DNA of 64,000 bases, from the NCBI RefSeq assembly GCF_009914755.1, contig NC_060940.1; one strand, given 5' to 3'. The stretch is from the human T2T-CHM13v2.0 reference genome, Homo sapiens. Both the position numbers and the translations under genes were made by a program. Below, one piece after another: positions 28,690-41,240 of this stretch; the stretch's first letter is position 1, and each line of letters starts with the position of its first letter. The notes below the pieces were generated by a model. That model saw only the letters and a list, made by a program, of their open reading frames with translations. It was not told the origin of the DNA and did no database searches.

Positions 28690-29069
28690 TTCCTGGAACT
28701 GAGGGTTCCTTTCCTTTTTAGACCATATAGAGTAACTTCCTGACATTGCCATGGCATTTGTAAACTGTCATCGTGCCAGTGGGAGTGACTTTAAGCATGC
28801 TAATGAATTGTAATTAGCATATAATGAGTAGTGAGGATGACCCGAGGTCACTTTCATCACCATCTTGGTTTTGGTGAGTTTTGGTTGCCTTCTTTATTGC
28901 AGCCTGTTTTATCAGCAAGGTCTTTGTGACCTGTATCCTGTGCCGACCTCCTATCTCATCCTGTGACTTAGAATGCCTAACCTCCTGGGAATGCAGCCCA
29001 GTAGGTCTCAGCCTTATGTAACCAGCCCATCTACAAGACAGAGTTGCTCTGGTTCAAACGCCTCTGACA
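28690..29069 (-). mobile_element. MER41 (MER41B-like) ERV1 LTR, 3'-truncated
   Basis: Reverse complement starts TGTCAGAGGCGTTTGAACCAGAGCAACTC; contains CATTATATGCTAAT..AGCATGCT; ends at CCCTCAGTTCCAGGAA. Confidence 0.88.
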
Positions 29070-29207
29070 TTTTTGCCTCTCCTGTTGACTTTAAATTTCC
29101 TTAAATACTCTTTCTCAGAAAGAGACTACATCTTGTGGCTCTTTCCGTTATAATCCACTGTTATTTTACTGGAGCCCTTGGTGTGGTGGTAAGGGAGGGG
29201 AGGTGTT

Positions 29208-30222
29208 TGTTGACAAAAAAAAAAAAAGAAAATGCAAACTGTAAAATATTTAAAGAGGTTTATTCTGAGCCAATATGAGTGAAAGTTTACGAATTTGTGT
29301 TGGGCCACATTCAAAGCCATCCTGGGCTGTCAGTTGGCCTGGGGAACAATCTCAGGAGGTCCTCAGAAAATGTGTCCGAGGTGGTTGAGTTACAGCTTGG
29401 CTTTATATATTTTGGGGAGATAGAAATACAGGTAAAGACATAAATCAATACATGTAAGGTACACATTTGCTCAGTCTGGGAAGGTGGGATCTCTCAAATG
29501 GGTCAAAAGGGTGGTGGGGAACCAATAGGTCATAGGAGGATTTCAAACGTTTTTTGATTGATGGGTGGATTGAAAGATTTTCTGATTGGCAGTTGGTTGA
29601 AAGAGTTAAGCTAGGACTTGAAGATGGTAGAAAAAAATTCTTGAGTTCAGAAAAGGGGGATGGGTGTGGAAGTCAAAGTTCTTGTTATGTAGATGAAGCC
29701 CCCACATAGCAGACTTCAGAGAGAATAGGTGGTAAATGTCTCCTTTTGGACTTTAAAGGTGTCAGACTCTTAGGTAATTTCTCCTAGATTTAGGAAAGGC
29801 CTGGCTGCATTAATAGAGATTCTCTACAAATGCAAATTTTCTCCCATAAAGATGGCTTTGCAGGGCCATTTCAAAATATGTCAAAGAAATATGTTTTAGA
29901 GTAAAATATTTTGATTTCCTTCAGAGTTTGCTATCTGTTATGTGATGCTATACCAGAGTCAGATTGGAATTTGGTATCTTATTGGCAAGGAGTCTGTTTT
30001 GTCAGTCTTATAATCACTATTTTAATGTTAGTGCTGGTCAGTTGTGACTAAACTCCGAAAGGCAAGAGGAGTGTAACAAGTTATGTCTGACCTCCCTTCC
30101 CATAATGTCTTGGAATTTAGTTTTTCAGGTTACTCTGGGCTGCTCTTCACCAAGGGGCTGTGTGTGTTTGTGTGTGTATGTTTAGTCGTTTGTGGGGGCT
30201 TAGTATTTTATTTTTGGTTTTC
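29208..30222 (-). mobile_element. MER4-family ERV1 solo LTR
   Basis: Reverse complement starts TGAAAACCAAAAATAAAA and ends CTCAGAATAAACCTCTT..TTTTACAG..TCAACA. Confidence 0.82.
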
Positions 30223-30584
30223 ACTTTCTTTAATCTTATAGTTAAGTTTCAGTCCTTTAGTGGGCTTGACTGCCTGGGCTGAGAGCTTAGTAGTGTTTTT
30301 TTAAACTTTCTTCCCTCCCTTAGGTGGGACAGAAAGGATAGAGGGGCCTGGAATGAGAGAATGCCCTTTCCCCAGCTGGATAAGGCTCTGGTAAAGTCTT
30401 ATTCCCTGGAGAGTAGCCCTTTGTTATGGAGAATGCTCTGGGCATACCTGGGTGTTTTCCACCCTGGATAGGTCTGTTCTCTCCAATTCCCCACCAGAGC
30501 CACAAGGGACCTTCCTCTGCTTTTCACGGGGAAAAGCTAGTAGAGTTTCTGGAGGTAAAGCTGACTAAATTGTGGTGGATGCCC

Positions 30585-31525
30585 TGTGGTATAATAAAAA
30601 TATAAATATTTGGTCTGTGTTTTGGCACAGAACTCCTAAAACCTTTGGAATTTACTGTCTTTTGTATGCTAATGAGATTACTCCAGGCAGGGGGCTCCTA
30701 GATAGCTTCAAGACTGGGGTCACCAGAAAGATTAAGCTATGATTAGGAGGCTGAACTTTCATCCCCACCCTCCAACCTTCAGGGAGGGGAAAGGGGCTGG
30801 GAGACTGAGTTCAGTCACTAGTGGACAATGATTTCATCAGTTATGCCTGCATTAAGAAACCTGCATAACAAAATCCCTAAATGATAGTGGGGTTTGGGGA
30901 GCTTTTGGGTTGGTGACATATTAATGTGCCAGGAGAATGCTATGTCCAGAGAGGACATGGAAGCTTTACACCAGCGGTGTCCAATCTTTTGACTTCCTGG
31001 GCCACAATGGAAGAAGAAGAATTGTCTTGGGCCATACATAAAATACACTAACACTAACAACAGATAATGAGCTAAAAAAAATCACACAAAGAAATCTCAA
31101 AATGTTTTAAGAATGTTTATGAATTTGTGTTGGGCTGCATTCAAAGCAGTCCTGAACCATGGGTTGGACAAGCTTGCTCTATGCCATCTTTCAACCCCCA
31201 TGCCTTACCTAATGCTACTCTTCCATTTGGCTATTCCTGAGTCGTATTCTTTAAAATAAACTAGTAATATTAAGTAAAGTGCCTTCCTGAGTTCTGTGAG
31301 CCATTCTAGCTAGCAAATGATCAAGCCTGAGGGGTGGTCATGGGAACTCCTGAATTCATAGTTGGGTGGGCAGGAATGTGGGTAAACTTGACACCACATT
31401 TGCAGCCAGCATCCGAAGTAGGACACAGTTTTGTTGGACTTGACCTGTTGGGTCTGTGCTTTGAGTAGTTGGTGTCAGAATTGAATTGTGTTGTTAAACA
31501 CCCAGTTGATGTCAGAGAATCAGAG
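30585..31525 (+). mobile_element. MER21-type LTR (contains MER30)
   Basis: tggcacagaactcctaaaacc..atgctaatgag..ctagatagcttc..aaaataaact..gttgatgtcagagaa. Confidence 0.75.
30972..31175 (+). mobile_element. MER30 hAT MITE
   Basis: cagcggtgtccaatctttt..gggccatacataaaatacactaacac..gttggacaagcttg. Confidence 0.9.
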
Positions 31526-32291
31526 ACTCCCTAAGTCTGGGGGCCTTAGGAGTTGCTCACTCTCATGTTAGTCCACAGTAGTTCTTCTTTTAAATGATAA
31601 TTTGTCAGAATTACCATTTAAGTGTTCCTATCAGTGTATGCCTCCAGGAGCTTCTTCTCCAGGTGGGTAGATCTTGACTCTTAACTCTCTGGATTCATCA
31701 ACTGTCTCTCCTAATTATAAGGTGGCAGTTTGCCTTGTGGCTTCAGCTCTCTGAAGGATCTAAGAAAAGACATTGATTATCAGTTTGTTCAACTTTTCTG
31801 TTGTTGGAAGGATGGGAGTGATGGGTTGTCTAAGGTCTTTACATGCTGTAACTGAAACCTTACATTGTTTGAATGAGCCCTATGTGGTCATGATATATTT
31901 TTCTTTTATACACTTCTGCGTATGATTGGCTTATAGTTTGCTTCTGTGTCCCTAAGTGAGACGAGGCTGTAGTTTTTTACTGGGGTGTTTATCGTGTTTG
32001 TACAGGGATTCACAGAAAGAACTGAGACGCTTTCTAGCTTTTTAGTTTTAGGGCTTTCTATTGTGTCTTAAAGGTTTGACAGGACTATCTGTCAAATGCC
32101 TGGGTTGGTATCATTTTTTTAATTTACGCTTTGTTGGTATTTTTACTTTTTACACTTATGAATACATATAACACACACATATACATGCATACTCAAACAT
32201 ACACATATATAATTCTACATAGAAGTACTCATAGCGTGAAAGCATTTTGTCCTGGAATCCTTAATTTGTCATAGATTCCTTAATTTACATG

Positions 32292-32336
32292 AATTTCTTT
32301 CTCTTTCTTTCTTTCTTTCTTTTTCTTTCTTCCTTC

Positions 32337-32394
<58 letters not shown>

Positions 32395-32545
32395 CTTTTC
32401 TGTCTTTCTTTCTTTTTCTTCCTTCTTTTCTTTCTGTCTTTTTCTTTCTTTCCTCTTTCTCTTTCTTCTTTCTCTTTCTTTCTTTCGTTCTTTTTCTCTC
32501 TCTCGCTTTTTTCTTTCTCTGTTTCATTCCTTCTTTCTTTTTTGC
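32292..32545 (+). repeat. (CTTT)n-rich polypyrimidine tract
   Basis: Direct reading. Confidence 0.95.
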
Positions 32546-33719
32546 TAAACTCTTTCCTTCATGTTCCCTTCCAACTCATTCCCCAAACTCCACTTTATAA
32601 TCAATGCTTACAGGTCAGTGTTACTTTCTGCAGCCTTCTCTACACTTATAAAATTATACAAACTTGCATGCACATATATAATTTCACACACACATCTTTC
32701 ACTCGTTCATAGAAATATTTATTCTGATTATTATTTTGTAAAAATCAGAATACACATGCATGTACTCTGCTGTGTCCTGCTTTTCTTATTATCAATACAT
32801 TCTGTAAATTGTTTCAAATTAGCTGATAAAGATCTAGCTCACTTTTCAAAGGTGTAATTTTCTGTGGTAGGGCATTCACTTTGTCTCCTCCTTAATTTTT
32901 CTTTTACAAATGATTCTGCATTAACAAAGTTAACACATATCCTATGGTACTGGTCCTTTTATTTCTATTTGATAAACTCCGAAGAGTGGGATTTCTGAGT
33001 TGCAATGTATGCTTTTTTTTAATTTTAGTAGCTATTTCCAAATTGCTTTCACTGATACTTCATTTTGAGTAGGTTTTTGACAGCATTTCCAATATTTTCA
33101 ATGGTTATTTGTCTACTCATGCTTTCTACCTCTTCTTGAGTCAATTTCAGTAAGTTATATTTTCTCAGGAAGTCATTCACTTGGAATGGATTTTCAAAAT
33201 TAGTGGTATAAATTTTACATAGAGTTCTTTTATAATTTTAAAAATTTTCCCCCATCTCTGTGGAGCTCTGAACACTTTGTATGTGTCCTTCCTTTTTTTA
33301 TCTGGTTTCTCTGAGTGTAATTTCCCAATTCTTTAACTCGAGAATACACCAGAAACCTGCAACTTTTTGTCTTTCTTTAGTTTGGGTTTGGAACTCAAAC
33401 CTACTCTTTCCTCTGCAGCAGTCATTTCCTGTAATGTGGGGGTTACTCCAACATCCCTCCCACCCCACACGTCCTTGGGTTTTTATGAATTTATTATTTA
33501 AAAGTGCTTTTTTGGTAATTTCTTGGAATTTTGGAGGGAGAAAGCAGACACTTGTTCTAAAAATCACATATGAATTCAGTCCTCTCTGTATTTCTAATGG
33601 ACTAGCATTTTTAAGAAAAGGTATGTTTGGCAAGACAGAAAATAAAAATACAATGAGCTTCTTGGAAAATTTCTGAAGCAGACAGCAGCAAACGGAAATT
33701 AAATGAGCACACACTACAT

Positions 33720-33880
33720 CAGGCTATTTCACACATATTATCTTATTTAATTCTCATAGCTGTACTATGAGTTTACTATAGCATCATGCCATCAGCTATA
33801 GCTGAGCAAACCAAGGCACTGAGAGGTAAATAATTCACCTAATAAGTGCAGGGCCAGAACTTAAAATCAGTTTTCTTGAT
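33720..33880 (-). mobile_element. MIR SINE
   Basis: tcttatttaattctcatagc..gcaaaccaaggcactgagaggtaaataattcac. Confidence 0.6.
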
Positions 33881-34079
33881 GTGCCCTACAACGTATGTGC
33901 TTTCCTGTAGACAACTAAGTTATTTTATTTATCCAGTAACATTTCATCAACCTGTGAAATAACAAGACTAAATTACATAGTCTGTGCTGAGAATATCTGC
34001 CCTCATGGCTGCCCGTAGTATTTTGAGCATCCTGTCTTGATAGTATTCCATGGTATAAATCTTGCCTTATCTGGATAGA

Positions 34080-35470
34080 ATTAAAAAGAAAAAGCAAAAA
34101 CAAACAAGCACAAAACAGGGTCAAAGACCTTAAAAGACACCTCACCAAAGAAAATATACAGATGGCCAATAAGTGGATGGAACAGATGTTCCCCATCATA
34201 TGTCATTCAGGAATCTGGGAAATGCAGATTAAAACAATGAGATATCACTACACACCTATTAGCAGGGGTCCCTGACTCCCAGGCCATGGACCAGTAGGAG
34301 TCTGTGGCCTGTTAGGATCCAGCCGCACAGTGGAAGGTGAGTGGCAGATAAGGGAGATTTACCACCTGAGCTTCACCTCCTGTCAGATCAGCAGCGACAT
34401 TAGATTCTCATAGGAGCACAGACCCTATTGTGTGTGAACTGTGCATGCGAGGGATCTAGGTTGTGAGCTCCTTATGAGAATCTAATTGACCTGAGGTGGA
34501 ACAGTTTCATCCCGAAACCATCCTCCTACCCCATTCCTGGAAAAATTGTCTTTCACGAAACCAATCCCTGGTGCCAAAAAGGGTTGAGACCCCTGCTATT
34601 AGAATGACCAAAATCCAAAACACTGACAACACCAAATGCTGGTGAGGATGTGGAGCAATAGGAACTCTCATTCATTGCTGGTGGGAATGCAAATAGTACA
34701 GCCACTTTGGAAGACAGTTTGGCAGTTTCTTATAAAACTAAATATACTCTTACCATATGATGCAGCCATCATGCTCCTTGGTATTTACCCGAAGGAGAAG
34801 AAAACTTATGTCCACACAAAAACCTGCACATGAGTGTTTATAACAGCTTTATTCATAGTTGCCAAAGCTTGGAAGCAACCAGTATGCCCTTCAGTAGTTT
34901 TGGATACACAGTTTATGGATACATAAACTGTGGTACATCCAGAGAATGGACTATTATTCAGTGCTGAAAAGAAACAAGCCATTGAGCCATGAAAAGATAT
35001 GAAGGAACCTTAAATGCATATTACTAAGTGAAGGAAGCCTATCTAAGGCTACATACTCTGTGATCTGACTGCATGACATTCTGGATATGGCAAAACTATA
35101 GAGATAGTAAAATGATCAGTGGTGGCCAAGGTCTGGGGATAGGGAGGGTTGAATAGGTGGAGCACAGGGTATTTTTAGGGCCATGAAATTACTCTGTATG
35201 ATACTACGATGGTGGATACATGGCATTATAAATTTGCCCAGACCCGTAGGACATACAACACCAAGAATGAACTCCAATGTAAACTATGGACTTTGGGTGA
35301 TAACGATGTGTCAGTGTAGGTTTATCCATTATAATAAATGCACCATGCTGCTGGGGGATGCTGATAATGAGGGAGGCTGTATGTGGAGGGGGACGGGGAG
35401 GATATGGGAAATCCCTGTTCCTTCCTCTTAATTTTGCTGTGAACCTAAAACTCCTATAAAGAAAAGTAAA
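34080..35470 (+). mobile_element. L1MC-type 3' end (contains MER1B)
   Basis: ORF QPLWKTVWQFLIKLNILLPYDAAIMLLGIYPKE; L1MC 3'UTR gtaaactatggactttgggtga. Confidence 0.88.
34263..34595 (+). mobile_element. MER1B hAT MITE
   Basis: caggggtcc..tagattctcataggagc..gagacccctg TIRs; TSD ctattag. Confidence 0.9.
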
Positions 35471-35499
35471 GTCTTAAGAACAAACAAATACACAGCAAC

Positions 35500-35870
35500 A
35501 ATCTTATTTTCCCCAGCCTGTCTTATGTTAGGGTGCAGATGTGATTTCTGTGTGGCTAATCAGATGCCCTTGTGTGAGAGACTGATTTGAACAGAGGCAG
35601 GGGCATCCATCTTCCTAGTGTCAGTCACAGCAGAAGCAGTGAGGTCCTGGTGTCTGTCGCTGCAGTGGTGGCTTTTGATACAGGAGTTCCCTGATGGCAG
35701 TAGCTTCTTTGTGGGTTCAGTTCTGTTGTGTGGTTCTGCAAGTTCAGCTTAGAGTCTGTTTCTTCAGCTGTTTCAATGACCCTCTGAGCTGTCTACCATG
35801 AAAAATTCTATCCTGCTTACACTAATTAGAGCCAATCCTGTTATTTACAAATGAATATCCTGACCAGTAA
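35500..35870 (+). mobile_element. LTR33-like ERVL LTR remnant
   Basis: ccccagcc..ggctaatcagatgc..cctgcttacactaattagag..cctgaccagta. Confidence 0.45.
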
Positions 35871-36376
35871 TGAAGGTCTAGACTTAACTGTAATATTTTA
35901 TGACTTAAATCGTTGGCATATGTGAAAACTTTTTGTTTATTCTAAACTTTTTTGTTGTTGTTGTAAAATAAAACATTTATGAAAAGCGCACCAAAAAGGA
36001 TAACAAATGAGAGTAATGCAACATACAGGCACCAGCAACTCAGGCCAGGGAGATGATATATGAGCATCCCCAATCTCCCCTTTACACTCCCTCAAATAAC
36101 TCAATCAAGACCACAGTTCCTTCCCTTTCTCTCAGGAAAAACAAAAACCATCTAAACTTATTGTAATATATTTCCTGCTTTTCTTTGTAATTTTACCACT
36201 TATCCTCCCTTAACAGTAGGGCTTAGTTTTGTTAGTTTTTGAAATTTACATGAGCAAAGTTATACTGTAACTTTATGCATGATTTTATGTCTTGCTCATT
36301 TCACTCAACGTTGTGTTTGTAAGCATCACTAATTTTTGGGCATAGCTATAGTTTGTTCATTTTCCATGTCATGTAG

Positions 36377-37052
<676 letters not shown>

Positions 37053-37568
37053 TCGTATAGTAAGTATTCCGCTATTTAACGATACCATTTAGTACTTACA
37101 GACATTTGCATTATTTCCAGTTTATGACAATTATGAGTGATGTAGCTATGAATATTCTTGTACCTTTATTTGGTGCATGTGCACATGACTTTCTCTCTTA
37201 CAGAAGTGAAAATGTCGCATCATTGGTTATTTGTATCTTGAACTTCAATGAATAATGCTACTCTTTGCTTTACAAAGTGTTTCCCCCAGTTTTAGCCCCA
37301 CCCACTGTGTCTGAGCATTCCTATTGCCTCCTATTCTTGAATATTTTTGATTTTAGGATTTTTCATCTTTGTCAAATATGTGTAGTGTGGGCTTATTATG
37401 TCTTTGATTTGCATTTCCCTCATTAGTAATGGGATTAGGCATTTCATTTGGCTATTTGGATTTCTTCTTTCGGTTGTATGATCCAGTAGTTAACTCATTT
37501 TTCTATCCTCTAACCTATTTTCTAATTGATTTGCATATCTTGGAATCCTTTGTTAGTTTTATATGAAG

Positions 37569-37789
37569 TTTTTTTTCTGCCTCCAGGGTTCAAGCAATTT
37601 TCCTGCCTCAGCCTCCCGAGTAGCCAGGACTACAGGGGTGCACCACCATGCCTGGCTAATTTTTCTATTTTAAGTAGAGCGGGGTTTCACCATGTTGGCC
37701 AGGATGATCTCAATCTCTTGACCTCCTGATCTGCCCGCTTCAGCCTCCCAAAGTGCTGAGATTACAGGCATGAGCCACTGTGCCTGGCC
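37569..37789 (-). mobile_element. Alu, partial
   Basis: Antisense Alu lacking the distal right arm. Confidence 0.9.
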
Positions 37790-38561
37790 GTGTTTGAAGT
37801 CTTATGTGTTCTACTCTGTGGCTTGACTTTTCTCTCTCTTCATGATGTTTTATGATAAATAGAACAATTTAAGTGTGATCACATTTACTATACTTTTATA
37901 AGTAGAGCTTCTTGGGTCTTGTGTATTATTTCTGTCTCCACTATGAAGGCATGAAGGTATTCTACGTAATCCTCTAAAAGCCTTATAGTTTTGACTAATT
38001 AAATTAAAGAAATACTCTATCTTGCTTGAAGAGATCAGGACACTTATTAGAAATGTGTTGTTTTGATTTTATAGACAGGTGTTACGTGTTGTGTGTGTGT
38101 ATGTTTTAATATTTAATCTGGATAGTTATAGATTTCAACATTTATTTCCTTTAATGTCAACTGAACAAAGAAACTTTGTGTAAAATTCCTTTCTAATCCT
38201 TGAACATCGTGCTACTCAAGAAGTCCAGTGTTTGGGTGGCTGCTTAGTCCGCCAGGGATGCCAATAACAAAATATCACAGACTGGATGGTTTAAACAAAA
38301 GAAATTAATGTTCTTACATTTCTGGAGGCTGGAAGTCCAAGATCAAGGTGTCGGCAGGTTTGGTTGGTTTATTGTGTGGCCTCTCTCCTTAAGGTGCAGA
38401 GAGCCACCTTCCTGCTGCCTGCCGCCTCTTCGCCTCTTCGCGTGGGCATCCTCTGTGCACACGCCCTCTTCTCTCTGTGTGTGTGTCCTGATCTCCTCTT
38501 CCTAAAGGGACACCACTCAGGCTGGGCTAGGGCCCACCCTAATGGCTCATATCAACCTCTT

Positions 38562-40520
38562 CTCTCTTTTCTCCCAGCTTTATTAAGGAAAAATTAACAA
38601 ATAAAAATTGCATGTATTTACGGTGTGCAACATGATGTCTTGATATGCGTATGCAATGTGAAATTATTAAATCAAGTTAGTTAACACATCCATCACCTTA
38701 GATACTTATGTTTTGTGGTCAGAACATTTAAGATCTATACTTTTAACAACTTTTAAGTGTGCAAAGCATCATTATTATTAGGTTGGTGCAAAAGTAATTG
38801 TGTTTTTTTTTGCCATTTAAAAGTAGTGACCAAACAGAAATTATTTTTGCACCAACCTTAACTACTATAGTTATCATGCTGTGCATTAGATCTCCAGAAC
38901 TGGTTCATCCTGCATAGCTGACACTTGGTCCCCTTTAACCAACTGTCTCCTCATTCCCCCTCCCACTCCCTTTCCCCTGGGAACTGCCACTCTACTCTCC
39001 TCTTCTATGGGTTCCACATTGTAAAATTCCACATATAAGGGAGGCCATGAAGTATTTGTCTTTCTGTGCCTGACATAGTTCACGTAATATTTTCCAGGTT
39101 CATGCATGTCATCTCAAGTAACAGAGTTTCCTTCTTGTTTGTGGCTGAATAATATTCCATTGTGTATATATATATTTATTGTGTGTGTGTATACATATAT
39201 TTGTTGTATACATATTCCATTGTATGTATATTTATAAATAAAATCCTGCATTTTGTGTGTATATATGCAATCCTGAATATATATATACAATGGAATATAT
39301 ATATATAGAATATATATACACACACACAATGGAATATTATATATATACACACACATATATATACATATATACACACATACTCACACACACATACACACTC
39401 ACACACACACACATATGTGTATACACCACATTTCCTTTGCCCATTCTTCCATCAGTGGACACTTAGGCTGATTTCATATCTTGGCTGTTGGAACAATGCT
39501 GGTATGAGCATGAGAATGCAAATATGTCTTTAACACAGATTTCATTTCCTTTGGATATATGCCCAGAAGTGAGATTGCTGGATCAAATGATAGTTGTATT
39601 TTTTATTTTGTTGAGGAACTGTTTTCTATACTTTTTTCCATAATGGCTGTACCAATTTACATTCACAGCAACAATGCACAGGGTTCCCTTTTCTTCAGAT
39701 CCTCACCAACACTTGATATATTTTACCTTTTTGGTAATAGTAGCCACTCTGACAGGTGTGAGGTGGTATTTCATTGTGGTTTTTATTTGCACTTCTCTCT
39801 TCTCTGATGATTAGTGATGTTGAACACTTTTTCATGTAACTGTTGGCCATTCGTATGTCTTCTTTTAAGAAATGTCTCTTCAGGTCCTTTGCCCATTTTA
39901 AAAATCAGGTTGTTTTCCTACTGTCGAGCTGTTAGAACAGAGCTAGAGGCATCACACTACCTGATTTAAAAACATACCACAAAGCTAGAGTAATCAAATC
40001 TGCATGGTACTGGGCATAGAAACAGACATATAGACCAATGAAACATAATAGAAAAATCAGAAGTAAATCAATCAATTTATGGCTAGTTGATCCTTGACAA
40101 AGTTGCCAAGACCATGCAATAGGGAAAGGACAGCCTCTTCATTGCATAATGTTGGGAAAACTGGATACCCACATAGAGAAGGATGAAATCAAACCCTTAG
40201 CTGACACCATAGGCAAAAATCAACTCAAAAGGGATTAAAGACTTAAATGTAAGACCCAAAAGTCTAAAGCCACTAGAAAAAAACAGAAGAAAAGTTTCTC
40301 AACATTTCTATGGGCAAATTTTTTTAAAAATATAACCCCAAAAGCATAAGCAACAAAACCAAAAATAGACAAATGAAATTGCATCCAACTAAAAGTCTTC
40401 TGCACAGCCAAGAAAATAGTCAACAGTGAGGAAACAACCTTTGGAATGAGAGAAGCTATTTGCAAACTATCCATTTGTAATCTATCCATTTGCAAAATAT
40501 TCAAACTGTATAAAACTCAA
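38562..40520 (-). mobile_element. L1MA with 5' inversion (minus 38562-~39932; plus ~39935-40520)
   Basis: Antisense 3' end followed by a sense ORF2 piece agagctagaggcatcacactacctgatt..aactcaa. Confidence 0.85.
38778..38860. mobile_element. MADE1 mariner MITE
   Basis: ttaggttggtgcaaaagtaattg..tttttgcaccaacct palindromic TIRs at a TA site. Confidence 0.92.
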
Positions 40521-40762
40521 TTCCTTAACTACCTCTTATAGGTTCTGTCTACAAATACAGTCACACTCTGCAGTGGGGGCTTCAATATGTGAATTCCAGG
40601 GGTCTACAATTCAGCCTATAATAGAGACTAATGACCCAGACTTCATATGTGTCATGTGTTAGTGTGAGTTCACTTGTACTTCTAAGTAATGTACAGATCT
40701 GATTGAAGGATTAGAGACAGATCTTTTGCTTAGAGAGTTTATTCTTCTCTATTAAAAACAGC

Positions 40763-41240
40763 ATTTATTGCAGCACTATTCACAATAGGAAAGACTTGGA
40801 ACCAACCCAAAAGCCCATCAATGATAGACTGGATAAAGAAAATGTGGTACATATACACTATGGAATACTATGCAGCCATAAAAAAGGATGAGTTCATGTC
40901 CTTTGCAGGGACATGGATGAAGCTGGAAGCCATCATTCTCAGCAAACTAACACAGGAACAGAAAACCAAACACAGCATGTTCTCACTCATAAGTGGGAGT
41001 TGAACAATGAGAACACATGGACACAAGGAGGGGAATATCACACACACGGTCTGTCATGGAGGTTGGGGGCAACAGGAGAGAGAGCATTAAGAAAAACACC
41101 TAATGCATGAGGGGCTTAAAACCTAGATGATGGGTTGATAGGTGCAGCAAACCACCATGGCACATGTATACCTAGGAAACAAGCCTGCACATTCTGCACA
41201 TGCATCCCAGAACTTAAAGTAAAATAAATTAAAAAAAAGA
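40763..41240 (+). mobile_element. L1PA 3' end
   Basis: ORF MIDWIKKMWYIYTMEYYAAIKKDEFMSFAGTWMKLEAIILSKL; 3'UTR and poly-A. Confidence 0.94.

Larger units (their letters stand above)
38240..40625 (-). mobile_element. MLT1A-type LTR split by an L1 (pieces 38240-38560 and 40520-40625)
   Basis: aacaaaatatcacagactggatgg..ctggaggctggaagtccaagatcaaggtg; resumes ccttaactacctc..caaatacagtcac..caattcagcctataa. Confidence 0.8.

Noticed and set aside
33281-33714. Overlapping 131/138 aa ORFs
   Set aside because: No recognisable domain; adjacent to decayed L1; consistent with chance
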